A stretch of DNA of 48,756 nt, taken from NCBI GenBank assembly GCA_040143965.1, contig JASJQH010006895.1, forward strand, positions 1 through 48,756, in the 5' to 3' direction. How positions within the stretch are numbered: the stretch's first letter is position 1; every line of letters starts with the position of its first letter. The stretch is from Basidiobolus ranarum. Its lineage: Eukaryota. A program made the position numbers and the translations under genes. The notes under the pieces are model-generated. The model searched no databases. It had not been told where the DNA came from and was given only the letters and a program-made list of their open reading frames with translations. Of this stretch, positions 29,153-41,345 are shown piece after piece.

Positions 29153-29932
29153 TTACGATTCAATACGACAAAATAGTGTATGTCTCGTATTTGTGGGGGA
29201 AAATACTAATCTAAGGCTAGCCCAGTCTTCAACGCTACAGATTTGTCAATTTATTCGTCAAGAAATATCACAACCAGTAATTACTAGTAAAAAGAAAACA
29301 AAAGTGAAAAGCAGCCAAGGTATCAAAAAACGTAATTAGAGGAGCCGCTTGAAAAGAAAGAATTAGATTCCTGAAGAGAGGATAAAACTAACTGTAACAA
29401 TGTGACTTGGTATTTATATTTGAAAACAGTCACGAAAATCTTCCGAAAATTCAACAAAAACCCATGCACATTCGGACAACTCATCATTAAGTGCTCAAAA
29501 ATGTTAAATAGTCTAAGTAGATTCGGGAATGGATCAGATATTTCTTACTCATATGGAACGCTTGTTTACGCTAATCTTCAGATAAAAGGAATTTTACTTG
29601 TTGGCGCTACATGTGCCATACATTTACCTCTGCTTAATGATTGCCTATAATTTAACCATGCGAAGCTCTGCAACGGAAATATCTCTTAATAAGGCAGGAA
29701 CATAATGCTTATTTGTCTCCTTAAACTCATTGTTTCACGCGGCAATTCCTCCGGTGGGAGAAGAGGTTAGAACTGAACTAGAGACCTCCTGGCATCGACA
29801 GATGTACAACTCTATCCTGGCACCAACACAACTCTACTAATGACGTTAAAATGTTTATTTATGATGTAAGCGATATGCAAAAATCGGATGAAAATCTGGT
29901 GAAAATGAAATGAAAATATTCCACAACGAACA

Positions 29933-31018
29933 TTAGAGCTGATTGTAGATGGTCAAAGTAGCGAGAGCACGATCATCAATGGCAATCACAGGTGGATTTT
30001 CTGTAGTGTGTTGGAATTCAACCTCCTCTTCTTTTCCTAGGTCGAGATCAGCCTTAACTATATTACGCGTCTTACCTAGCGCAATGTCAACTGACTGCTG
30101 TCCGGCAAAATCAACCCATTGATAGTCAGTAAACCATGAATAAACTTTACGGGGGAAATTGCGCCATCCAATGATATTGCAAGAAGGCACAAATCCAATG
30201 GAGGGCAACTCAGGAGGAGTATCACCATTAGAGCTCTCTGGAGCTGGTTGATATTCAGAAAGGTCTATGGCTGCATCACTTGATTCCTCTTGCTCATTAT
30301 CCTGGACTTGCATCTTAAGTTGGTCCTCACTTACTTGGTCGGTTTTGATCTTGGTATCTTCGGATTCTACATCTTTAGGTTCCACCAATGGATCGTAGCT
30401 GCCTTTGCTCAACCCGTTTAATACCTCTGCATATGCAATCCGCCCTACCACTACCACTCCATCTGCAAAAGGCCTATCCTTATCACGGTTTAGAATAGAA
30501 CCCACGGGGTCAACTGCAGGATCAATAGGTGGTGTAGGATTGATTTTTTCACGGCGTAATCGTTGGACTTCATCGCTAACCATCTTTTCAATATCTCCAA
30601 GTGCTTTGCCTTCCTTTACTTCATAATCTAGAGCAGCGGCATCCATGATGGGCTATTATATATTTATAAAGTTGGTGAGTATAGGTGCATATAGATAAAA
30701 TAAAACAAGATACTAAGTAATATTTGAACTAAAAGAAGATTGCACTTAATATACCTTCACATATTCTTTAAAGAATTGTCTTGATTTATGAATGCCATCA
30801 CCAGCAGGTGGAGCTAAATAAACGATGAGTTTCCGAGGTAATTCCGAAGTAGCTAAGGGTTCTTTGGCAATATGTTCTACTTGCTTAACATAACGCTCAC
30901 GTGTTTGCTTGGTAAGATATTTGTCCCTTTGGATCAACCCGAGTATGCTTCCAGTAACACCAAAGAAAATAAGCTTCCCTCTGGAGGGTAATTTTGGCTT
31001 TTTAAACCAACTTGACAT
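29933..31018 (-). CDS. TIM54: Mitochondrial TIM22 complex subunit Tim54, 2 exons
   Basis: KPKLPSR..LIF, EPL...ELPRKLIVYLAPP.GDG...FFKEYVK, intron 30754-30653, then PIMDAAALDYEV and GVVVVGR.AY.E.L.GL. Confidence 0.88.
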
Positions 31019-31424
31019 CTTTTCTGTTCTAAAATTCTTGAACGCGAACTACGGTGAGTACCTAAGTATCTACCCTGTACGATTTTACTTCATCCAATTT
31101 TCCTTAATCGAATTCAACCCAAATTTTTTCCAATTTCACCTACCCTCCCCAAGTATGTTTACACTAAAAACAATTCCATAAGTTGTGGTCTAGGTTAACA
31201 AGATTTGCTCAATTTAATGAAAATTACTTGCCCTAACCCTAAGTTTGAAAAATGTCACGTGAAACTCCCCTTGCCTAAGAATCATAAAAATGATAAGGAG
31301 CATCCAATGAGGAGTGAGGGCAGTCAGCAAAAAATAGGACTAGAATAAAATCTGCAGATCTTGGCAATTCACTAATCCTTCTCTCTTTACCAGTTGGTGA
31401 TTGCAAGACTAGATTTGATCAGCC

Positions 31425-31805
31425 ATGTCCGCCGCTAGACAAACCAAAGCCAAGAAGGTCACCTACAAGTTCACTTTGGACTGCAGCGGTCCCGCTAACG
31501 ATAAGATTTTCGATGCCGCCGCTTTCGAGAAGTTCCTTCACGATCGCATCAAGGTTCAAGGTCGTACCAACAACCTCGGTGATATCGTCTCCATCAAGCG
31601 TGGTGATGATGCCAAGATCACTGTTGTCTCTACCCAAGCCTTCTCCAAGCGTTACCTCAAGTACCTTACCAAGAAGTTCTTGAAGAAGCACAACCTTCGT
31701 GACTGGCTCCGTGTCATTGCCACCAACAAGACCACTTATGAACTCAGATACTTCAACATCGCTAACCAAGAGGAAGAAGAGGAAGAAGGTTCTGATGAGG
31801 AATAA
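31425..31805 (+). CDS. RPL22: 60S ribosomal protein eL22
   Basis: KFTLDC...DKIFD...[36 protein letters not shown] and YELRYFNI; strong codon bias. Confidence 0.97.
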   Translation: MSAARQTKAKKVTYKFTLDCSGPANDKIFDAAAFEKFLHDRIKVQGRTNNLGDIVSIKRGDDAKITVVSTQAFSKRYLKYLTKKFLKKHNLRDWLRVIATNKTTYELRYFNIANQEEEEEEGSDEE

Positions 31806-32085
31806 ATATTTCTACACTAAAATCTCTCCATAATAGTCTTCAAAATTTACAAAATAAAAGCCTACGGCCTCTTGTAAGTGCTTGGTCAGACATATAACCA
31901 TATAGTTGTCATACAATGTTATACTATACTTTCTCTTTCACTAACAACGAACGATGGATGTATCCGATTATTTGAGGATTCATCATACACTAAAGTCATT
32001 TTCTCAAAATAAGCAAGTTTATTGATGAAGAGCAATGAATACGAGGAGTAACAATGAAATGAGCATGAGAGTTTATGAATGAAGA

Positions 32086-33627
32086 TCAATCTTGTGTGGG
32101 ATTTTCAACAGGAACAGCAGCAGCCTGTTTACTAGCTTTTACGAACTTTTCAGCGATTCCTTGTGCAAGATTGTCCCATTGATCGGCTGGTAGGAGCGAC
32201 TTGATTTCCTCGACGGCGGCCTTACCATCCTCCAATCTTCCACTCTCAATATAAGTATCCACCATGAATCCAAGTGTCAGGCTGGAGCTTCTACCTAGAG
32301 CGTTCAACTGTTCGAATATCACCTTTTTGGCCATTTCAGGCTTCTGAAGAGAGTAGCAGGTTTGAATTAGGGCATTGAAGACGGCAGCATCAGGCTTGAT
32401 GTTGAACTTTTCCAAGTCTTGATAGAAATAAATGGCTTGGTTAAGATTGCCATATCTTCCGAATTGGGTAATCAAATTAGTGAAGGTTTGAAGATTTGGT
32501 CGAACTCTGAATTTTCTCATTTGAGAGTAAATTTCCATCACTCTTTGCATCTCTTGCGCATTACCGAAACCGGTGATCAAAGTATTGAATGTTGCAGTAG
32601 CCGGGCGTATTCCATATTCTGCGAGACTATCAAATGCTTTTACGGCAGAGTCTAGATCACCAGTCTGCATATATCCTTTGATGAGGATATTGATGGTGAC
32701 TACGTCGGGTGTCACTTCATATTTCTTCATGTCTTCGTTGTATAATTTCTCTGCACTGGCTATATTATGGTGTTTGATATAGCCATTGAGAAGAGAATTG
32801 AAGGTTCGTGTACTTGGCTTGATTCCGAAGTTGACCATTCTGTCGAACATTTTTAGGGCTGACTCCATTTCGTCATTAAAAACGAATCTAGAGATGAAGA
32901 CATTGTGAGCGACTGGTCCTTTTTTGATACCCTGTTTTTCCATGTCTGCTAAGATATTCTTGGCCTCTTCTATTTTGTTAACCTCTAAACGAGAGGCAAT
33001 TAAGACACCAAAAGTATTATCGTCTGGCTCAAATCCATCGGCAAGGATTTGGGAGTAGATAGAGTCGATGCGTGGGATATCGTTAGAATGTTTAAGGAGG
33101 ATACTCATAATGATATTGTAATGGGTTAAAGCAGGTTTAACGTTTGAATCGTTAACCAGTTGTTCCCACAGTTTGAGAGCTCCTTCGCTGTCTTTATATT
33201 TCAACATATTCTTGAACATATGACTATAATTATCTGGGGTATAGTTTAAACCGGACTTGGGAATATCTTCGAATACTTGTTGAGCTTTGCTTCTATCGAA
33301 GTATTGAAGTAGTACGTCATAATCTTCGCTGGTAAAATTACCTTTACCACCTATTCCGTTATCTTGATAAAGTGTCCAGGCGTCACGGAAATAATGGTTG
33401 TCAATAGCTTTGTGTAAATCGTCTTTCCATGTAAGTCCCTCCGAGTTCTGAATATTCACGTTATATACAACGTTGGCAACATTTTGAAAGGTTCGCACAC
33501 CAGTAAGACTTCCTGTGCGTATCAAGTTTAACTTTGGTAAACTACGTACAAGCCCGGTTGTGGTGGAGATACCACGAAGACTGGGACTTCTTAATGACAA
33601 AGCTAACTGGGCGACTATTCTGTTCAT
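32086..33627 (-). CDS. Pentatricopeptide-repeat (PPR) protein, probably mitochondrial, intronless
   Basis: Tandem about 35-aa repeats (TFNSLLNGY, TINILIKGY, TFNTLITGF, TFTNLITQF, VFNALIQTC, with GIKP/GIRP/IKPD ends). Arg/Ser/Leu-rich presequence from ATG 33627. Confidence 0.9.
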   Translation of the reverse strand: MNRIVAQLALSLRSPSLRGISTTTGLVRSLPKLNLIRTGSLTGVRTFQNVANVVYNVNIQNSEGLTWKDDLHKAIDNHYFRDAWTLYQDNGIGGKGNFTSEDYDVLLQYFDRSKAQQVFEDIPKSGLNYTPDNYSHMFKNMLKYKDSEGALKLWEQLVNDSNVKPALTHYNIIMSILLKHSNDIPRIDSIYSQILADGFEPDDNTFGVLIASRLEVNKIEEAKNILADMEKQGIKKGPVAHNVFISRFVFNDEMESALKMFDRMVNFGIKPSTRTFNSLLNGYIKHHNIASAEKLYNEDMKKYEVTPDVVTINILIKGYMQTGDLDSAVKAFDSLAEYGIRPATATFNTLITGFGNAQEMQRVMEIYSQMRKFRVRPNLQTFTNLITQFGRYGNLNQAIYFYQDLEKFNIKPDAAVFNALIQTCYSLQKPEMAKKVIFEQLNALGRSSSLTLGFMVDTYIESGRLEDGKAAVEEIKSLLPADQWDNLAQGIAEKFVKASKQAAAVPVENPTQD

Positions 33628-33884
33628 AGCAAAATTATACTTCCTAAGAGTAAGAGACAATTATTTAACAGCAGCATCCATCATTGAACCAAAAATTTTC
33701 AAAATGATTATTCCAGATTTCTTGCTGAATAACGATTTTGCGATTTTCGGAGTATCACTTTAAATTTGTTTAATATACGTTAAATTAACTATTGTGTTAC
33801 AAGAGAATATATTTATTTGTGGTTTTCTGAATCTAAAAAATTGGGAGTAATATTATATATTATGTATGCAAAATTGGGATATAA

Positions 33885-36433
33885 CTAGAGCTCCTCCACA
33901 CTATAGTCACTCTCTGAACTCTCTGAGGAATCACTGCTTTCCGAAGATTCAGTAGATGAGTACGACATAGAAGAAGTCGTATCCAAAGAAAACCTTGAAA
34001 GTTCGATGGTGTCCAATCCATCCATAAGCATATCAACGTCAGAGTAGGTTTCCGCATCTATATCTTCGTCTTCATTCTCTAGTATCATATACGCATCCTC
34101 AGCCACATGATTACCACGTAAACGGTATGTTGAAGCCACAACAAGGAGTGTCACAGATCCTATTAGGCCTATTACAGAATATAAAGGGTTTGCAGCAGTG
34201 GTAATTTTGGAAGTAGGGTTAGGGTTTAGCGGTGTTTCTGTATATTCATTTTCCTCTGAGCGCTCCACGACAGGCTCATACTTAGCACCAAAGAAATTCA
34301 AAGTCCAGGAATGGAGTGATCCAACTTTATCAGGGTTTTGGCTATCTTTGACAGTAAGTGTCCAAGTACCTAAGACGGGCTCATCCCTAAAGATTGCTTA
34401 GAATAATGAAGAAATGTTCATCAAGAAATTAGTTTACCAGTGCTTGACTGACATAAATGTCCAGTTTTTAAATCCTTCCTCACTTTCATCAAGTTGGCGT
34501 CCAGGTGATAATACTGACGTTACATTGTTCGGTGAAGTAAGATAGACCTCAACATCACCGCGTCGTTGATGCGATATATCTACGGTAACCGTAACGTGCT
34601 CTAAAAGGTTCAAAAAATGATTTTGTGCCGTCTCGGTTGATACCGTAAATGACTGTCTAATGCCAGTACTATCTGAGGGGATTGGTTGGTCAACCTTTAG
34701 TAGACCAGAGCTAAATTGAACTTGTGGTCCAACTGAATCGTATGTTTTTGAAGCTTCAACAATTCGATAAGCATCGAGTTTACCGTATCCATACTTGTGA
34801 TTAAATTTACGACCAGAAACAGTTGACTTCCAATCAGGATCGTTCGGAGAAAACGGTTGAGCAGTGCGAACTGCGAGATGTTGAATATCTCGCCAGTGAA
34901 GGTCGGGTCGAACAGATAATACTAGTGCAAATATACCGGCGGCTAATGGTGCAGCAGCAGATGTTCCACCGTGTGTACCTGTACATTTATTTTGGCCTAC
35001 ATCAGTTGTATACTGAATTCAAAACGTTAGAGCGAGTTACTTTCCAATATCAAAACAAAAAGACATTTACAATTCCTTCACCATTAGCTCCACTACTATA
35101 TGTAACTGCTAATTGAGCGGAACATTGCTCAGAGTAGTTTGGCTGTTGATCGTGACGATCGATAGCTCCAATGGATATCGTATATATACTGTTGGCATAC
35201 CCGTCAAAATTGCAGTTATCATTATATGCACCTCCGTTTCCAGTAGCAAATACAAAGATACTGCCTTTTTCCCCTCTTCCTTTAGTAACTCCAGAGACTA
35301 GAGCATCATTGATCATTTCACTAGGCCCATCCATTGAAGAACCATCATCCGATGGGCCCCAGCTACACGAATAAATATGGTTCTTCTGGTTTTCATAGAC
35401 CAAGGCCAGTGCCTCATCCAAGTCGCTAATTGTATCTGAAAGAATACGAATCCCTACAAATATTTGTTAATAAATATGCACTTGAAATCATCGTAAACAA
35501 GAAGCGAGTTACCAGAAACTTTGGAACCAAATGCGACACCAACTCCGCAAACGCTATTATTAGCGGCAGCAATTTCTCCGGCACATCTCGTTCCATGATA
35601 ATCATCGGAAAGCTTTGGCGAAGGTACTGGGGAATGATCATTGAAATCATATGATCCTTCGGCGAACTGAAATAACAATTTATAAGCCAATTGATTAGTG
35701 ATTAATTGTGGATCTCATAGTGAATACGCACATAGTTATCCTTCAAATCTTCACTATTCATATCAAGTCCATCATCCAATAGTGCCACCACGACATTATT
35801 GCCGAATATACCTGGAATAAAAAAAATATGTGAGTGTTTTCGCAAGAGTTGTTTGGAAAAAAACTCAAACTCACCTTGTTGCCACACTTTTAAAATATTC
35901 AAGTCATTTCCTACATTGTCTTCATTATGCTAAAACCCATCGTGGTGTAAGTCTCATATTTAAACATTCAATACTTCAAGCAAACTTACCAGATGCCACT
36001 GTTTTGGGAACCCAGGATCTTTTAGCTCAGCGATGTCGAACACTTGATGTACTTGAGAGTCGGTATGGTTTTTTTGTGGTGGAATGGGCGCTCTCTTGGT
36101 TCTTTTTCTTAATGATTCTTTGTAGATGTGCTTTATATGTCTTGATGGGTGGTTTTGTCGTTTATGAAGTGTATTATGAAGGAAGGTTTCGACTTGGACT
36201 GGATTATTTTTGTGTGTGGTAAATAAGTGGTATCCTTCTAGGCTATCTAAACTTCCTACATATTCCAAGTCCAGTAAGTTAGACACCTCCGTTGGTGTAA
36301 TAAACTCGTTTATCTTAATTGCGTAATGATTGTAGTTGTCATGACGTCGAGTAGTGTACCAAGTAGGTAAAGAGGCCTCAACAATGTTATATGAGAGTAG
36401 GGCAAACGGTAGAAGGGATGTGAAAAGCCACAT
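33885..36433 (-). CDS. Kexin-like proprotein convertase (S8B), paralog B, 7 exons
   Basis: Signal peptide from ATG 36433; prodomain ending [24 protein letters not shown] and [10 protein letters not shown] domain; transmembrane helix; Ser/acidic tail. Confidence 0.92.
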
Positions 36434-37281
36434 GATGAAAATAGCTAGTCAAGGTAAAATCAACAATATTGATAATTGCTAGCACTAACTGCATAAAGAA
36501 AATGAGAGGTTATAAAATAAACTTGAAGATATATTTTCGACAGGAATCTAGACAATTTATACCAACAGAGTTTGGTAGATTTAGTATAATTAAATGGTAA
36601 TTTGTCAAAATATGAAAATAGAACTTCGAAAATCTCACTTGTGAAACCCTATCAGATGAGTTGTGTGACTGCTGCTTACTCTTTCTGTTGATGATGTCGA
36701 ACTTTGTCACAATGTGAGGTATTTGGGCTAGGTCGGATTTCCAGCGGCAGTAATATACTGCTGAGCCTTTTATCCGTTTTTTCCGTTGATGAACAAGAAT
36801 TGTAGGATTGAGCAGAGGGCAGAGGGCAGAGAGTGGAGAGTAGTGGGTTGTGAGCAGAAGAATTCAATATATTTTCTAAAATCAACTCCTTGTTTAATCG
36901 TTACACAAAAGCAACTTTATTCAGTTAGTTTTGGTAAAAATAAGTAATCCTAAGCTAATATCATTTATTTAAACCAAGTTAAATCGTCTATTTATAGAAT
37001 TCTGTGGTTTCTTCGTTGATTATTTGGATGTATTTTATATACAGAGGTTATTTTATATTCTTGGCACTCAGTTGAAAATAATTCTCATCATATTTTTCGT
37101 TTCTACCAAGTCATAGAGTACTATCTTTGAAAGCATGGATTTTGACTGATTTATAATATGAGTGATACACTATCGATTCACTTTTTCTGCAAGCAATATC
37201 TCTCAACACAGAGTATAATTAGAGCGCAAATATTAGTTTCAGTCATTATGAAAGTGAATTCATAACTCTTGGTGATGTTAC

Positions 37282-37423
37282 TGTTGAAATTAACACCACC
37301 TAAACATCTATATAGTCATATATAGCTTAGCGAATAGTAGGAGATATCTTAGTTCAATATGGAATAACTCAGTACTAAGCTATATATGACTATATAGATG
37401 TTTAGGCTATGCTAATTTCAACA
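37282..37423. mobile_element. MITE-like fold-back element (142 bp)
   Basis: Perfect 32-bp inverted repeat 37299-37330 / 37375-37406, extending imperfectly to TGTTGAAATTA...TAATTTCAACA termini; related copies at 47054 and 47626. Confidence 0.75.
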
Positions 37424-37641
37424 TGGTTTTCACTTAATGATTTATTGAGTGTAAGTTGACATTTATACTTTTGTCAAGAGGTAGGCAAACCAACGAGTAG
37501 AGTACTTCCACAAAGTTTGGGGTCTCTTGGACAAGGCTGAGATTCTCATACAATCCTCAAACTTCCAAGTTGGTCTCAATATTGAGCGTAAATTCCTCAT
37601 GAATATATCTCATAATAACGTAGTGAAATTTAGGTAGCTAA

Positions 37642-37718
37642 CTATATGTCTATATAGATGCTTAAGCTGCCATTTTCACTATATGTCTATATAGATACTT
37701 AAGCTGTCATTTTCAACA
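37642..37718. repeat. 37-bp tandem duplication of a diverged MITE terminus
   Basis: CTATATGTCTATATAGATRCTTAAGCTGYCATTTTCA twice (37642-37678 and 37679-37715), followed by ACA. Confidence 0.8.
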
Positions 37719-37879
37719 CATAATACTGAAGAAATATATATGGGAAGTTAGTTTTACTTTGGCAAAAATGAGCGCAAGTATATCCATGCAAGTAGAAGAA
37801 AAGTGATTGAGTAATTGAACAATCACTAGAACTTCAGAAATTATTGTCTTCAATCAGTTGTTAATCATGTTAGCCCGAA

Positions 37880-38440
37880 TCGTAGTTTTTCCTCGTGTTT
37901 AAGCTGAACTATCCTTATAGGAGCCTACCCCAATACCATGGAAAAATCGAGACAGTTATCCCTGCCAATCATTTCCATTTAACCTCATATACTGCCAACT
38001 TCCCTTTCAGAGAAGCCCAGGAATATTGATGCAGGAGACTGAGAAGACTGTCCTGTCCTGTCATCACTTGGCCTAGTTTGGATGTATATTTGGGTTTACT
38101 GGCATATTGAAAGCCCATTACTTGTTCTAATCAAAGTGGTTTTCTTATATTCTAGCCTCATGATGCTTATTTTTTTTTTGGATACAAATACTGGTTTTTA
38201 TTTACCTCCGACTTTGCACATGTATCCTGGGCGATGTGTGACCATCCGGTCCCATATTTTGATTACTCCTCCTCCATGTGCAGTTATTTTGTGTTATCTT
38301 GATAATGCTGCTTTTTTGCTGCCTCCAATATTCATTAGAGCTGTGCGGTTTCTGACTGTTCTTCGAATTTTCTTCAACCACGAAGTTCTTGCTGAGTCCA
38401 GTTTAAAAGCTATTCTGTGTGCTTACAGTAAATCAAAGTC
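37880..38440 (-). pseudogene. Decayed Tc1/mariner (DDE) transposase
   Basis: Collinear, frameshifted remnants HGGGVIKIW..M...PGYMCKV, FQYASKPKYTSKL, SQSP and WASLKGKLAVYE resemble the Tc1 motifs KHGGGSIMVWG, FQxDNDPKHTSK, QSPDLNPIE and WxxLKR. Boundaries are approximate. Confidence 0.7.
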
Positions 38441-38947
38441 TGTCATATTTTCAAACCATTCTCTCAAAAAGCTCTAACCATAGTCACTTTGGCAACTTGC
38501 AAGCTTTTATTTCTGTTAGCGATGCAAAATTGAATGCTATAACTCACCTTACATCAATTAAGTACAGTAATAGATTTACCAATAAGAAGATGAGCTGGGT
38601 GGTTTTGCATAACATTACATATAATTAAAGAATTGCAATCAACTGGTAGTGAGAAAATATTCTTTGGTTACTATTTTCATGCAGTGTAATTATGAATGTT
38701 GCATTATGCCTGCCCTCAAATTCCGCGGTAATCCTTAGTGAGTATCCGGATTGCCATTAAACACTGAATGATAAGAACCATCAAACAATTCGAGTTAATG
38801 AGGTATTTATAGAACACCTACTCTCTATGTGAAGACTTCCAATTCATAGACTCTGATAGTGTATGTCAGTGTTATAAGGTAAAGTACTGATTCCATATAA
38901 ACCAATCTAAGATGTACTCATGATTCCTTCTAATCTCCCAATTAAGG

Positions 38948-39055
38948 AGCAATGGAGAGAGCAATGGATATAGCAATGGATATAGCAATGGATATAGCAA
39001 TGGATATAGCAATGGATAGAGCAATGGATAGAGCAATGGATAGAGTAAAGGATAT
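38948..39055. repeat. 12-bp minisatellite (AGCAATGGATAT/G), 8 units plus 1 degenerate unit
   Basis: Tandem array visible directly in the sequence. Confidence 0.95.
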
Positions 39056-41237
39056 TATACAGTGCTGTAATAGTACTACTACAATGCTGAAATCCCGACT
39101 GTCAGATGATAGTAAGACAAATTCCTTAAGAGTAAGTTTAAATATCGTTCCGACCTTGAGGTATTCAGCCAAGCTCTTCATAGTCATGCTCTAGTCCCCT
39201 CAATTTATCCCGAATCCCCAATCTCATCCCTATTGTTGCCTAAGTTTCGGCTTGTATTTAGTGTAATTCTAATCACTTCTTGAGCCATAAAATACTATAA
39301 TTGTGGAATCTTTGTCACTGTGTTCCTCGAGGTTGGTCTCATGTAACAACCGTCTCAACTCTCCTTCTGATGTAGTATCACTCCTCGGTAATGTAAGTTT
39401 TAATGCTAAAAGGGCAACTCAATAATATCCATAATTGGGATGAAAGGGATAGTAGATCTTCGGTCATTATAAGAAACCTTTAATGAATATCTCTTATTAT
39501 TTAATTTGATTATCAGAGGCAGGTTACTGTGAGCGTTTTTCGATAAGTTTGGACTTATATCTCATCAAACAGTACTGAATCCGGAAAACCGCACGTTATT
39601 GAGGTTTAGATTTCAAAGTTTATATAAGCTCAAGTATATACTTGACTTAAAATAGCTCACGTATTATTCCTATACTTAGCTATCTCAGGGGATACATACT
39701 TGATCCTCCTTATTATGCTATTTGTCGCACCAGCCTTCCACACAATAGCATCATTAGAGTAGGGTACTAAGAGGAACAATAACAATATTATCCATATATA
39801 TAGTTACATTAGGGACGGACTGTTCAATAAGTGATACGAGAGCAATGGTATTTATTAACTTACAGAAAAGCTTGGATACAATAGCTGCGTATCTTGATTA
39901 CTACATCCAATGCGTTCCGCACTGTACTTCCATAGAAACTATAATCCTGCAGCGTAAGTTCGAAACTTTGATTGTTACCTTCTAGACTATGCGAAACTAA
40001 CCCTTGGAATGAAATAATCACCTATTTAGATCAGAATATTGATAGTGTTACACGCGAGCCATTTGTAATTAGCGATTCAATCCAAGATATAAGCAATGAT
40101 TTGGATGTATAATCGTATGCCCAATAGCTTAACCTAGAGCTGACTTAACGAGCAGGAATGTTTTCGGGAAATATTGGCAATGCATCAGCTTCAATGACGA
40201 TCAACTTCCATCTAGGCTAAATCTTCCTAATGGACTCTATCGTGAAATCAATGCATTGGTGACTTGTTACAACAGTATTTCTTCACGTTTGATCAAAGCT
40301 GACATATTGCCCCAAAATGCAACGCTCTTTGTGCCACTTCTGATGTTGGTTAGTAATGATCAAGTTTAAGTAAGCATGAAGAGCATCCGATAGGTACGTT
40401 TTATATACATATTGACCAGCCAACCATCGATTCAAATGTAGTATGATGCGATACACAATTGTGACCAAATCTCAACTCATTGTTGATCTCTTCTTCTCAA
40501 AGGTTCACAGTAACAGGATATCTTATCACTAGATCAAGTAATGTGCATTCTACCTCCATTCATTTGGTGATGCTGATGCCTATTACTAATTACAAAATCT
40601 CGAGTATTTTGCCATCAGTTTTGTGATCAGAGCTTAACCTCGATCACTTTAAAAGAGCTAGTTCGATTTATGGCTTATATATATGTTAATATATTCGGTT
40701 CTAAATCAAATTTCCAATTCAAACTATAAGGAATCCACCAATAATCGAAACAATCAATTAATTTGTTGCAATAATTGTCGTACCAATTGCTAAATTAGGA
40801 CTTGAGGCCCAGATGTAGTCGTTTGATGCGGCAACCGTATGGTTGTTAATGATCCGATATTCTATGTAGTAAACTTTTTTACAACGATAATTGGAGTAAG
40901 AACGGCCATAGGGACATTGCCCAATATTCTAACAGCTTAATCCATGTGATCCCGAGTCATTTGTTTGTCACACAGTAATTAATTCTTTCAGAAGTAGAGT
41001 AAGCTGCAATTTATATTCGGCGCTGATATGCTAAGATGGGGTGGCTAGTTTAGTTGAAGTGGCAGAAAAAACCCACCAATAGTGCGGAGGCGATACTCTA
41101 GTCGTTTCGACCAAGATCAAATGATGGCTATCAAGAATGCTAAGAAGGATCAAGAGGCTTTGTCTTACGAGTGTCATGAAGCAATTCTATTGAATTAACA
41201 TTTTGGTCATTATAAAAGTTATTTTAGGATACCAGCT

Positions 41238-41245
41238 TATATAAA
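41238..41245 (+). promoter_or_regulatory. Candidate TATA box of the chitin synthase gene
   Basis: TATATAAA about 100 nt upstream of ATG 41346. Confidence 0.4.
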
Positions 41246-41345
41246 GCTGTCTCCCATCCACTTCTCAAATTATCAAACAAAGTATAGTCGCATTTCTTCT
41301 TGAATATATTCTAGTGAATCCCCTTCTTCTGTAAACATTGGTAAT

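Noticed and set aside
31419..31769. 116-aa antisense ORF over RPL22, and similar antisense ORFs over TUF1, ADK1 and the MCM genes
   Set aside because: These are shadow ORFs expected from codon bias in conserved genes, and they show no recognisable domains.
38082..38477. 131-aa hydrophobic plus-strand ORF
   Set aside because: It is antisense to the Tc1 transposase relic and has no independent support.
38942..39194. Repeat-encoded ORFs and a CRISPR-like appearance of the array
   Set aside because: It is a pure tandem repeat with no spacers, in eukaryotic DNA; the ORFs are by-products of the repeat.
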